From a virus, in the IMG/VR virus record IMGVR_UViG_3300031521_000001: a DNA stretch of 64,000 nucleotides; one strand, given 5' to 3'. Shown here in pieces: positions 10,922 to 20,018 of the stretch (its first letter is position 1; each line of letters opens with the position of its first letter). The notes under the pieces are model-generated. The model saw nothing but the letters and a program-made list of their open reading frames with translations, had not been told where the DNA came from and searched no databases. A program made the translations under genes and the position numbers.

Positions 10922-11692
10922 ATGGCAATAGCAACAACGATTTCATATAAATTCTCCATGGATTTAACACAATTAGCATTCTTCTTAGAAAAAGTTCATG
11001 ATTTAACCGCAATAGATAATGAAATTCTATTGAAGATAGACAAAGAAAAAATATTATTATATGCTGCTGTTGGCGAGAAAAATAATATTAACGCATTCAA
11101 ATCATACATTTTTAATACTGATGAAATTTTTTCATTTGAAACTGACATAGATCACGAAATAAGATACATTATAGTAAATGCAAAAAAATTCGAAATAACA
11201 CTAAAAAATTATTTAGAATATCAGGAAAACATAAAATGTGAGTTTTCTATGAATGATGATACTTATGTTGATAATTTCAAATTGAAAAATTCAAAATTGA
11301 GATTAAGTATAGTAGGAGGAGATTTTCGTGCAGTAAACACGAATATTGACATGTCAATGATTGCATCTGTCTTAAATAAAGATTTAATTGATTTTCAATT
11401 TTCTCTTGATAAAAACTCATTTTTAAATATTAAAAAAATAGGTGCTATTGACAACGAAAATGATATATTAACATTAAATGTGACTGACAATTCACTCACT
11501 ATTGGTGAAAATAATTGGGATTTAGAAATATGTAAAATTGAGCATGAAGATTTATCTATAACTTTTCCTAAAAAGTATTTCAAATCAATAACTTTCACAG
11601 AAAATGAAATAACAATATATGTTTTTGATACATTCATATTAATAGATAACGCAAACACAACATTATTAATTTCATTAGAATTAATAGTATAA
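10922..11692 (+). CDS. Putative DNA polymerase sliding clamp (gp45/PCNA-like)
   Basis: 256 aa acidic protein with two alpha/beta repeats patterned like PCNA-type clamps. Confidence 0.55.
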   Translation: MAIATTISYKFSMDLTQLAFFLEKVHDLTAIDNEILLKIDKEKILLYAAVGEKNNINAFKSYIFNTDEIFSFETDIDHEIRYIIVNAKKFEITLKNYLEYQENIKCEFSMNDDTYVDNFKLKNSKLRLSIVGGDFRAVNTNIDMSMIASVLNKDLIDFQFSLDKNSFLNIKKIGAIDNENDILTLNVTDNSLTIGENNWDLEICKIEHEDLSITFPKKYFKSITFTENEITIYVFDTFILIDNANTTLLISLELIV

Positions 11693-11694
11693 CC

Positions 11695-11728
11695 AAAAAG
11701 AGAGAAATTTAATTTCTCTCTTTTTTTA
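11695..11728. terminator. Bidirectional terminator between convergent genes
   Basis: aaagagagaaat-tta-atttctctcttt. Confidence 0.7.
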
Positions 11729-12146
11729 TTTCATATAACTTATTCAATTTTATTTTCCTTATCTCCTTAATTGGAAACACGCCTTCAATTTTAGTCATCT
11801 CTGCAGTTTCACTATAATATCCATTAGATTCACCATACCAACGTATTGTTACATATCCTTTTGATGTACCAAATTTATAAAATGTCCAAGTTCCTGATTC
11901 CAACGCATTAGAATCTTTATTACTTGACTCTTCGGCTTGAATCAAATCATAACCTATCAAATCATTCAAATCACCATCTATATCTTCAATGTGAACATAT
12001 TCACTACATTCAGTGTCATGACATTGTTTATAAATAGAACCATTTGATAAATAAAAAGTAATTGAATCTTCTTCTTCACAATCACCTACACATTTATCTA
12101 TCTTAATTATAACCTCACCTATTAATTCATCATATATTGAAATCAT
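11709..12146 (-). CDS. Conserved phage protein (IEDIDGDL...TWTFYK...RWYGESNGYYSE family)
   Basis: Recognisable motif set of a widespread phage family; RKIKLNKL C-terminal tag. Confidence 0.7.
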   Translation of the reverse strand: MISIYDELIGEVIIKIDKCVGDCEEEDSITFYLSNGSIYKQCHDTECSEYVHIEDIDGDLNDLIGYDLIQAEESSNKDSNALESGTWTFYKFGTSKGYVTIRWYGESNGYYSETAEMTKIEGVFPIKEIRKIKLNKLYEIKKERN

Positions 12147-12151
12147 ACTAA

Positions 12152-13126
12152 TTATTTTAGAGTTATTTTAACAAAATATTCAAATTTTTTAAATTTTCTA
12201 TATAAATAAATATCAGCATCTTCATATAGCCAATTCATAAATTTAGTTACTTGCTTTGCACCAGTTAATCTATTAAATCCAACTTCATTATATCTTACAC
12301 CTGATTTCATATTAACATCTAAATTTTTAGTAATATAATTTTTTATATCATCACAAAAATTAATATTTGATGTTAATGTAAATGTTATATTTCCAATATT
12401 ATTTTTTGGTATACATAAGCAGCCATCACCATCAAAATATCCTCTAATAAAAGATTTATATAAATTTATATTTTTTAATTCTGGTAGCCTTATTTTAAAT
12501 GTTTTATTTCTAACACAACCATTATTAATCAAATCATTTTTCATTATATTAGATACTATTTCAAGTCTATATTGTGGGCCTGAATGATATGCTTTATTTT
12601 TAAAATGAATTATTTCTTTTTCTTTTCTATATCCTAATACAATTTTTCCATATATTATTTTGGATATTTTTTCAAGTATTTCTTTATCTTTTTCATGTAA
12701 TGATATTCCAAACCCATTTTTATTTATATAACCATCAGAATATAATAAACCTAAAATATATGCTTTTTCATTGGTGTCTATATTTTTAAAATAATGTTCA
12801 TTTAAAAAAATATGTTTTCTAGATGATTCACTGAGAGTTTTTAATTTAATATCATTTCTTTTTAATATTCTTTGTACTACACCTCTATTGATATTATATT
12901 TTTCTGATATTTCTTTGTTTGTAATATTATTAGTATAATCAAAAATTATATTATTAACGATAGTAATATTAGTATATCTTTCTTTTAATTTTAAATTGTT
13001 TTCACGTATTATATTTCTAATTGAATGATCACATAATTTATATTTTTCGGCAATAATTTTAATTTTTAAATTATTATTAAAATAATCATCAATAACATAA
13101 TCTTGAATTTCTTTTTTAATTTTCAT
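12152..13126 (-). CDS. LAGLIDADG homing endonuclease with N-terminal HTH
   Basis: AYILGLLYSDG and FIRGYFDGDG motifs. Confidence 0.85.
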   Translation of the reverse strand: MKIKKEIQDYVIDDYFNNNLKIKIIAEKYKLCDHSIRNIIRENNLKLKERYTNITIVNNIIFDYTNNITNKEISEKYNINRGVVQRILKRNDIKLKTLSESSRKHIFLNEHYFKNIDTNEKAYILGLLYSDGYINKNGFGISLHEKDKEILEKISKIIYGKIVLGYRKEKEIIHFKNKAYHSGPQYRLEIVSNIMKNDLINNGCVRNKTFKIRLPELKNINLYKSFIRGYFDGDGCLCIPKNNIGNITFTLTSNINFCDDIKNYITKNLDVNMKSGVRYNEVGFNRLTGAKQVTKFMNWLYEDADIYLYRKFKKFEYFVKITLK

Positions 13127-13183
13127 ATTAATTTTTAATCGTATATATTTAAAAATTAATATTGAAAATAGTCCATTTAATGA

Positions 13184-13699
13184 TTACTTAGGTAACGTAA
13201 TATTATATTTTTCAAAAAAGTATAATAAAGCTTCAGCGTTTCCAATACAATCAAAAACAGGATTATGATTATGTTCAGTTTTTCTATGTTTTTTCCATTT
13301 ATAATATAAATTATGCTCTGCACCACAAAATAAATCACCAATTCTACGACTTGACCACCCAAATGGATTACTACCATAATATTTATGAAAATAGAAATTT
13401 ATCCAACTTGCATCATATCCGTTATTATCCGATATTAATATTGGTTTATTTTTTGATACTGATTGTATCCATTCAGCAAAATCTTTCATTACTTTTTCTG
13501 GTTCATCAAAAGTTTCATGTTCTTCTCTACTAAATCCACTAATTTCAAGTGCTTCTGAATCATATTCAGTTGAAATTGGTTTTGTTTTACCATAAAATGT
13601 TTTAGTTAAACCTGGTTCAACTAAAACAGCACCAAAGCAAACCATAGAATTTATACCTATAATTTGTCCATCACTTTCTACATCTACTACTATATACAT
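13184..13699 (-). CDS. DEDDh 3'-5' exonuclease (Rv2179c-like)
   Basis: VDVESDG, NGYD, HNPVFD. Confidence 0.8.
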   Translation of the reverse strand: MYIVVDVESDGQIIGINSMVCFGAVLVEPGLTKTFYGKTKPISTEYDSEALEISGFSREEHETFDEPEKVMKDFAEWIQSVSKNKPILISDNNGYDASWINFYFHKYYGSNPFGWSSRRIGDLFCGAEHNLYYKWKKHRKTEHNHNPVFDCIGNAEALLYFFEKYNITLPK

Positions 13700-13708
13700 T
13701 TTTATTTT

Positions 13709-14167
13709 TTATTCTCTATTATATTTTTTATAAGTAGGTAAAGATGGTTTATAATCGGTACCCCATAAATCTGAAGTAATCATAAGATCAGCAGAATGCC
13801 TATTACATGCAACTGGTATATCATGCAATCTACATTGTCGCAGCAACATTTGTATATCAGCTTGATGTGGATTTGCATTTAAATCATCAATTAAAAATAT
13901 ACACAAATCAATTTCATCTTTAACAACCATTGATGCTATTTCTGCATCTCCTCCAAGTGGTCCAGAATTCATCATTATTATTGAAACTCTATCAATATTT
14001 TTAGATTCACAATATTCATCTAAACACTCTTTAATTAATTTACCTGTTGTTCCAGTACAAACCAATTTATTTTTCTGTAATGTTTCAGCATTATATTTAA
14101 CCCACTCGATCATATCTGATTTTCTGTAATCATGAGCAATTAATGCAATCATTTTATCTATTATCAT
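13709..14167 (-). CDS. mgsA: Methylglyoxal synthase
   Basis: IALIAHD, TGTTG, SGPLGGD, PHQADIQMLLR, PVACN. Confidence 0.92.
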   Translation of the reverse strand: MIIDKMIALIAHDYRKSDMIEWVKYNAETLQKNKLVCTGTTGKLIKECLDEYCESKNIDRVSIIMMNSGPLGGDAEIASMVVKDEIDLCIFLIDDLNANPHQADIQMLLRQCRLHDIPVACNRHSADLMITSDLWGTDYKPSLPTYKKYNRE

Positions 14168-14198
14168 TTTAATTTTTTTTATGCAAATATACAATTTT

Positions 14199-14663
14199 TT
14201 ATTGATTAAAAAAATTTTTATTGTTATTGTTATTGTTATTGTTATTATCAATTTTTAATTTTGAAAATTCTTCCTCAAATATTATATTTCTTGGAGGCTC
14301 TTCAATGAAAAACATATTAGCCATTTCTTGATTAGAATAACCATTAAGATTTATTTTAATTCCAGAATATGCTACTAAAAATTCTAAATTTTTATTCTCT
14401 TCTGCGAATAAATACAATTTTTTTATTTGATTAATAATATGTTCTGAACTTACTGATGGATGATTATATTTAGTCAAATTCTTTGTTACGATCGCATAAG
14501 ATTGTCCTTGTAAACCATATGCTTGACCATATATCGCACCAAATTTATCTTTTGCTTTAAGAGCAGCACCTTTACCATGTCTTCCTTGTGTATTAGAACC
14601 AAATACATATATCTGATGAGGTTTCAATTTTAATATTTTTCCTTTATAAGTCTTCATATACAA
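14199..14663 (-). CDS. Macrodomain-like phage protein (VFGSN..GRHG.GAA family)
   Basis: IYVFGSNTQGRHGKGAA, GLQGQSYAI. Confidence 0.65.
   Translation of the reverse strand: MYMKTYKGKILKLKPHQIYVFGSNTQGRHGKGAALKAKDKFGAIYGQAYGLQGQSYAIVTKNLTKYNHPSVSSEHIINQIKKLYLFAEENKNLEFLVAYSGIKINLNGYSNQEMANMFFIEEPPRNIIFEEEFSKLKIDNNNNNNNNNKNFFNQ
14216..14248. repeat. (TTGTTA)n microsatellite encoding poly-Asn
   Basis: Tandem hexamer repeat visible in sequence. Confidence 0.7.
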
Positions 14664-14736
14664 ATATACAAAAAAAAATTCATAAAAAAAAGAGAATTAT
14701 AAAATAATTCTCTTTTTAACTTTTTTATTCACACGA

Positions 14737-14916
14737 TTACTTTTTAGATGTAGCTTCAACAGATGCTGCTCTATAAGGAGTTACCAATTTTTTAATTTCA
14801 CCAAAAGCTTTTCTAACCTCAGCTTCTGCTGTTTTGTTTCCTTTTGTAATAAATTTTTCGTGTTTTTCTTTTACAATTTCGAATTGTTCAAGAATTTGTG
14901 CATAAATTTCTTCCAT
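14737..14916 (-). CDS. Histone H1-like protein Hc1
   Basis: KGNKTAEAEVRKAFGEIKKL resembles Hc1 GNKAAxxRxRK motif; 59 aa. Confidence 0.7.
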   Translation of the reverse strand: MEEIYAQILEQFEIVKEKHEKFITKGNKTAEAEVRKAFGEIKKLVTPYRAASVEATSKK

Positions 14917-15041
14917 GATATATTTTGTTTTGTTTTTTATAATCAACTCTTTGATTGATTTTTTAGAGTAAATATCATTTTTTAATAAAGTTTCAATTTT
15001 ATTAAAAAATCAGATTATTAATCTAATATCATTATATATTA

Positions 15042-15692
15042 TTAGTTGATGGTCCTGTTTAATATGTTTTGAATATAAAATAATTTTAATTTCCTTTTAT
15101 ATTTATTATATATTATAATATTTATTATTTTATCACTTTTTTCAATGTTTTTGTCTCTCCATAAAGGCTGAAAATTAGTATAATGATTCAATATAATTAT
15201 TTCATATTCTGTTTTACCTATACTAACAGGAATTATATGATCCAAATGCCATTCACCTTGGTTTAACCAAATCATTCCAGATGTAAACTTTTTTTCTAAA
15301 AAAATTTTAAATTCATCATAAGAACATCCTAATATTTCACATGTTTTTGATTTTTTATTATATCCGCCACGTTTGAAAGATAAATTTATTCTATTTCTAA
15401 TATTAGTAGTTAATTTAAATAAAATATCATTCTTTCTTCTATTTTTTGTGTATTCCCTTCTATATTCTTTAATATGTTCTTTGTTTTTATTATACCACAA
15501 TTTTTTACTTATTTTTATATTTTCTATATTATCTTCATATCTTTTTTTAGTATAATATTTAACATATTCTTTATTATTTTCTCTCCAATTATCAATACGT
15601 TCTTTAGTTTTATCTTTATTATTATCTCTATGTTTTTTATTCCAAATTTTATATTTTTCTTTATTTTGTTCATAGTATGACTTACTTCCCAT
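15042..15692 (-). CDS. HNH-type endonuclease with basic helical N-terminus
   Basis: WHLDHIIPVS, NHYTNFQPLW. Confidence 0.75.
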   Translation of the reverse strand: MGSKSYYEQNKEKYKIWNKKHRDNNKDKTKERIDNWRENNKEYVKYYTKKRYEDNIENIKISKKLWYNKNKEHIKEYRREYTKNRRKNDILFKLTTNIRNRINLSFKRGGYNKKSKTCEILGCSYDEFKIFLEKKFTSGMIWLNQGEWHLDHIIPVSIGKTEYEIIILNHYTNFQPLWRDKNIEKSDKIINIIIYNKYKRKLKLFYIQNILNRTIN

Positions 15693-15697
15693 CTTAT

Positions 15698-16087
15698 TTA
15701 AAATAGTTTTTTAATAACTTTCAGTTTCTTATTTCTTTCATATTTTAATACATCAGATTCATCAAATGACTTCCTCATATCAGGATATTGATAAATATCA
15801 TACCACTCGCTACCGTCATACTCCCCTCTTTGCATCCAAACACCATCTTCACAAAATATAACACCATACAAATTCTGTCCACCAAATCCATTATCATAAG
15901 TGTGATTCAATGATTCTAAAAAAATATCATAATCAACTTGACTAAACAAAGGCTTCAATTTAATATCACGATAAACACCAATCTCATTATCATGATATTG
16001 AATCTCAGATGCTACCAACTTATAACCTGAAATTATACTCAAAAATTCTTCTTTTGCATTCTTACCTTCTCTTATTACCTTAATCAT
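15698..16087 (-). CDS. Conserved phage protein (YDNGFGGQ...RGEYDGSEW)
   Basis: Widespread phage motif; RNKKL C-terminal tag. Confidence 0.65.
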   Translation of the reverse strand: MIKVIREGKNAKEEFLSIISGYKLVASEIQYHDNEIGVYRDIKLKPLFSQVDYDIFLESLNHTYDNGFGGQNLYGVIFCEDGVWMQRGEYDGSEWYDIYQYPDMRKSFDESDVLKYERNKKLKVIKKLF

Positions 16088-16088
16088 A

Positions 16089-16880
16089 TCACACTATTAT
16101 TTTATTATCAAATTCTTCTTCAAGAGCATTAATCATTTTTTGCATATTAGCAGAATAAAAACCAGCAGAATTTATACATCCTAACTCAATTATCTTATAC
16201 TCAGGTTTACCATCTATAATAACTTCACAAATATCAATTACAAATGATTTTGCTATCTTATAAATATCAATCATCTCTTTACAAAATTCTAATGCACCAT
16301 CATCAACAACTTCACTTCTATTGATAAAATTACCCATTCTATAAAGACTTCCAGTTACAACTTTATCTTCAACAACCCAAAATCTAAATTCTTTTGTTAT
16401 TTTTTTAACAGAACAAACTTGAATTTCAGTATCTTTTGTTAATGATGTTTCATATTCACCATTTAAACAACCATCTCTAAATTCTAACCATTCATACATA
16501 TCAAACACCTTTCCAGTGAATGTTTTTGTGTCTTCACAAGGTCTTGCAAAAAATAAATCAGTTCTATTAATATCATCTCCAAATTTTTGAACTACAGAGT
16601 CATAATTCAATAAATTATCCTTGTAATATTTACTATAAACTCTATAATCATGATTCTCATTTAATTGAGATCCAGGAAACCATTCATATTTTTTTGCTAA
16701 CCTTGCCATTTTAACAGAACCAAAACAAAAAACATCCTTTCTATCAGTCTTAAATTCAAAATCTTCTACAAATGGTAAAACCTTAACTATCTCATAAGAT
16801 AAATTCATTCTATCTAATGTTTCAACTAAATTATAATAATTCTCTTCCTTGAAAGTGTTTTCTTGTATTACGTAGTACAT
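16089..16880 (-). CDS. ATP-grasp domain protein (DUF4343/R2K-like)
   Basis: FARP..DTKTFTG, EFRFWVV, FVIDI, IIELGCINSAGFY. Confidence 0.75.
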   Translation of the reverse strand: MYYVIQENTFKEENYYNLVETLDRMNLSYEIVKVLPFVEDFEFKTDRKDVFCFGSVKMARLAKKYEWFPGSQLNENHDYRVYSKYYKDNLLNYDSVVQKFGDDINRTDLFFARPCEDTKTFTGKVFDMYEWLEFRDGCLNGEYETSLTKDTEIQVCSVKKITKEFRFWVVEDKVVTGSLYRMGNFINRSEVVDDGALEFCKEMIDIYKIAKSFVIDICEVIIDGKPEYKIIELGCINSAGFYSANMQKMINALEEEFDNKIIV

Positions 16881-16947
16881 TTTTTAATATTTTATATGTT
16901 TATTACCTATCTAAAAAATCAGATTTTGTTTATTAATATATACTATT

Positions 16948-17688
16948 ATGAAAACAAAATTTGAAATTTTTATAAATGAACATATATCACCTGATAGAAC
17001 ACGCTCATTAAAATATAAGACAGAACTACCACTAAATAATGAAATATTTATAAACGCTGTTGAGAATACAGTAGGAGCAAAAATATTAGATGAAGGACTA
17101 TTATTAAATGTTGTTCGTTACCAAAAACCAGAACAAGACGGAGAAACATCAATAAGAACTGGTGTATTCTATCTACCAATAGAAGAAAAAAATGTCAAAG
17201 AATATCGTGGAGGAAAAAGTGGGTATGGAGGAACAGATAAACACGAAGGTGAAATTCTATTAAAAAATCCACTATTTATAAAAGGCGCAACTGGAGGTAA
17301 ACTTTCTGAAAATGCATATGAAAAAATTAACGGAAAAGGTGCTACCAATGAATTAAAAGATTCTATATTCAAAACTGCAATTAAATACAATCCTCAACCA
17401 GAAGATGTTGCTGATGTACTAACTAAATATAATAAAGATTCTAATTATGATGAAAATTGTGATTTAGGATATGATATAATAAGACATAGTAGACAACACA
17501 ACACACTCAGATACGCAATACAAGAAAATATAATAGCAAATTCTGTTAGAGATGCTGGATATGATTCAATTTTAGGATATAGTAGAAGAAAAAATGGAGA
17601 TTATTACATATCTGAAATATTTGATGTCAGAGAACTAACATATCCATCTAATGAGTGGGAAGCTGATATACATAGTAAATATCTATGA
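16948..17688 (+). CDS. Hypothetical protein, possible ADP-ribosyltransferase-like fold
   Basis: GVFYL...LKNPL...AGYDSI pattern; MKTKFEIFINE N-terminus. Confidence 0.45.
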   Translation: MKTKFEIFINEHISPDRTRSLKYKTELPLNNEIFINAVENTVGAKILDEGLLLNVVRYQKPEQDGETSIRTGVFYLPIEEKNVKEYRGGKSGYGGTDKHEGEILLKNPLFIKGATGGKLSENAYEKINGKGATNELKDSIFKTAIKYNPQPEDVADVLTKYNKDSNYDENCDLGYDIIRHSRQHNTLRYAIQENIIANSVRDAGYDSILGYSRRKNGDYYISEIFDVRELTYPSNEWEADIHSKYL

Positions 17689-17692
17689 TTTG

Positions 17693-17765
17693 TGCTCCTG
17701 GTGAGAATCGAACTCACAACCTTTTCCTTAAGAGGGAATAGCTCAACCAATTAAGCTACAAGAGC
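17693..17765 (-). tRNA. tRNA-Lys(CTT)
   Basis: Cloverleaf; anticodon loop ct-CTT-aa; T-loop TTCGATT. Confidence 0.9.
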
Positions 17766-17875
17766 ATTTTTGATGTCAAAAAAGATTACAAAGGTTGTCA
17801 ACCTTTACTGAGGACTAATCAGCTACTATCGGAATCGAACCAAGGCTTCCAGCACTTCATAAATACTCTTTTTCT

Positions 17876-17952
17876 TGGGGTGAATAATCGGATTTGAACC
17901 GACCCTTAAAGAACCACAATCTATCGTGCTAACCACTAACACTACATCCACC
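17876..17952 (-). tRNA. tRNA-His(GTG)
   Basis: G-1:C73, loop tt-GTG-gt, encoded CCA. Confidence 0.9.
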
Positions 17953-17960
17953 ATTTATTT

Positions 17961-18049
17961 TGGGTGTCAGATGGGATTCGAACCCACATTAACTGTTAAG
18001 TATTCCTGATTCACAATCAGGGCGGCATCCCTTACCGACTACAAACACC
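17961..18049 (-). tRNA. tRNA-His(GTG) with long variable arm
   Basis: cctga-ttGTGaa-tcagg; 17-nt variable region; T-loop TTCGAAT. Confidence 0.8.
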
Positions 18050-18078
18050 ATATATAATATTCACATTCTGAATATTTG

Positions 18079-18169
18079 CGGAAAATGGGGGACTTGGACC
18101 CTCACACCGATTTAACTCGATGAACAGTTTAGCAAACTGCGCCAATACCAATTATGGACTTAATTTTCC
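18079..18169 (-). tRNA. tRNA-Ser(GCT)
   Basis: gcagt-ttGCTaa-actgt, long V-arm, G73. Confidence 0.85.
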
Positions 18170-18174
18170 TTATG

Positions 18175-18247
18175 TGGAGATTATTGGTTTTGATCCAATC
18201 TCTCATGCTCTTCAGGCATACGCTTTCACCAGATTAGCTTAATCTCC
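18175..18247 (-). tRNA. tRNA-Phe(GAA)
   Basis: tatgc-ctGAAga-gcatg; atypical T-loop ATCAAAA. Confidence 0.85.
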
Positions 18248-18261
18248 TTTTTAATAATTTG

Positions 18262-18349
18262 CGGTAAGTTGAGGACCCGACCCCCATCCGATTAAACGAA
18301 ACCTAGTTTTCAAGGCTAGTCGCCACTCCAATTGACTGCTTAACTTACC
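18262..18349 (-). tRNA. tRNA-Ser(TGA)
   Basis: ctagc-ctTGAaa-actag, long V-arm, G73. Confidence 0.8.
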
Positions 18350-18357
18350 ATTTTTTG

Positions 18358-18440
18358 CGGAAGAAGTAGGTCCCAACCCCAAGTCGTTTCCGACCGTACA
18401 GATTTCAAGTCTGTCTTGCTCTCTGAGCAATTCATCTTCC
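18358..18440 (-). tRNA. tRNA-Ser(TGA), 8/4 tRNA-Sec-like scaffold
   Basis: acaga-ctTGAaa-tctgt; 6-bp D-stem; 8-bp acceptor, 4-bp T-stem. Confidence 0.8.
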
Positions 18441-18481
18441 ATTATTTTAATTTTATATTCTACTATTAGAACATATTTTAG

Positions 18482-18563
18482 CACGCCATATTGGGATTCG
18501 AACCCATGAACCTTTCGGAATGATTTTGGAGATCATCTGCTTTGACCACTTGCTTAATGACGC
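18482..18563 (-). tRNA. tRNA-Trp(CCA) with extended variable arm
   Basis: atgat-ctCCAaa-atcat; V region tccgaaaggttc. Confidence 0.85.
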
Positions 18564-18574
18564 ATAACTATATT

Positions 18575-19414
18575 TTAATAATTTTTTTCATAAAAAATTC
18601 TCCACTTTTTAATAGAATTTCCACATACTCCATATTTTCTACCAGATCCTTCCAATCCTAATAACTCTATATCCATTTTTAATTGTTCATATGTAGGTCT
18701 TTCTACTGTTCTACTCTTGAATATATAATCTAGTTGTTTATCTGTCTTTTTATTTTTATATTTTTTATGTGTTTCTATATAATTATTATTTATTATATTA
18801 TTTTTAGTTATCATTCTTTTATTTCCAACACAATGAGTAGGTAATGTTGAATTACAATTAGGACAAACAATTCTCAAATTAAAAATTCTATTATCATTAT
18901 TTATACCATTGATATGATCCAATATCAATGACATATGCTCACCATTCCATTCTTCTCCTTGCCCACATTTTTCGCATAAACGTTCTTTTAATCCTTCTTT
19001 ATAAAGTCTTTCTTTTAATATTGTTGTATTATATGTTGAATTCTCAATTAATATTTTAGATAAATCAATTTTATTATGAATAACATCTATAATATTATTT
19101 TCAAAATGTTCTATACTAATATTATATTTTTTTATATATTTTTTTAATGTGTTGTAAGATGATCCCATATTTTTAATTCCTAATTTTTTAAGACATTCTA
19201 AATATGTTTTAGATTCAACTACAATTTTTTCTAAATTTTCTTTATGATATTTATCTTTAATATTATTATTTGCTAAAATATTTAATTTTTTCCTTCTTAA
19301 TTGGATTGATCTTTTTGTTCTATCTAATACTTTTAAACACTCATCTATACCATAAAGGGTATAATAATTAGTTAATAAATTATCTTCTTCCTTTGTCCAA
19401 TTTTTACTTTTCAT
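18575..19414 (-). CDS. HNH homing endonuclease
   Basis: CEKC, LDHINGINNDNR..NLRIVCPNCNS. Confidence 0.9.
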   Translation of the reverse strand: MKSKNWTKEEDNLLTNYYTLYGIDECLKVLDRTKRSIQLRRKKLNILANNNIKDKYHKENLEKIVVESKTYLECLKKLGIKNMGSSYNTLKKYIKKYNISIEHFENNIIDVIHNKIDLSKILIENSTYNTTILKERLYKEGLKERLCEKCGQGEEWNGEHMSLILDHINGINNDNRIFNLRIVCPNCNSTLPTHCVGNKRMITKNNIINNNYIETHKKYKNKKTDKQLDYIFKSRTVERPTYEQLKMDIELLGLEGSGRKYGVCGNSIKKWRIFYEKNY

Positions 19415-19483
19415 AATGTAGTCTTTTTTTGTAGTATATAAAAAAATACTATAGTCTCAAACTACATTAAAATACTATTTCAG

Positions 19484-19558
19484 TGAGTAAACGGTGAGTT
19501 CAACACCAGCCTTTGGTTTTTCAGACCAACGTACAATAAGCACCTATACGATTTACCC
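19484..19558 (-). tRNA. tRNA-Phe(GAA), second copy
   Basis: ttggt-ctGAAaa-accaa; acceptor gggtaaa/tttactc. Confidence 0.8.
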
Positions 19559-19566
19559 TTATACCA

Positions 19567-19878
19567 TTACTTGTTTTTTTCAAGTATTAATTTTTTTGCA
19601 TATTCTGAATCTAATTTATCAATCACTGAGAATGGTGAAACACCAATTCCTGTATAAGTAATATCATTAAATCCATTATCTTTTGTGATTAGACTTTCAT
19701 CTTCTGATATTGCACCTGAAAATTTGTCATATCCCTTTTTATGTTCTATATTTCCTGTACTTGGATTATATGAACCCCAATCTGCTGAACGTTTTGAACC
19801 AATTGGTTCCACATAATAACTTTTACCTGTTTTTAATGACTTAACAATGAATCTACCTGTTTCATCTCTTTGTGTCAT
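19567..19878 (-). CDS. Conserved hypothetical phage protein
   Basis: 103 aa, GRFIVKSLKTGKSYYVEPI. Confidence 0.6.
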   Translation of the reverse strand: MTQRDETGRFIVKSLKTGKSYYVEPIGSKRSADWGSYNPSTGNIEHKKGYDKFSGAISEDESLITKDNGFNDITYTGIGVSPFSVIDKLDSEYAKKLILEKNK

Positions 19879-20018
19879 AAACTTTCTGCCGAAATCTAAC
19901 TTTACCCCATGATTTTATATTTATTTTTTTATAATAGCTTCTCACTATTCAGATGAATAATTTTTATGTCCAGCCTAACTGAATAACTGTCATTCACTAT
20001 GACAAATATTTTATTTTT

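Noticed and set aside
14168-14251. N-terminal ITITIT extension of MgsA
   Set aside because: Comes from the (TTGTTA)n microsatellite in the upstream gene; true start is likely 14167
18358-18440. tRNA-Sec / UGA suppressor
   Set aside because: Anticodon reads TGA (decodes Ser UCA), not TCA
18251-18484. 77-aa ORF in the track
   Set aside because: Lies over two tRNA-Ser genes; spurious
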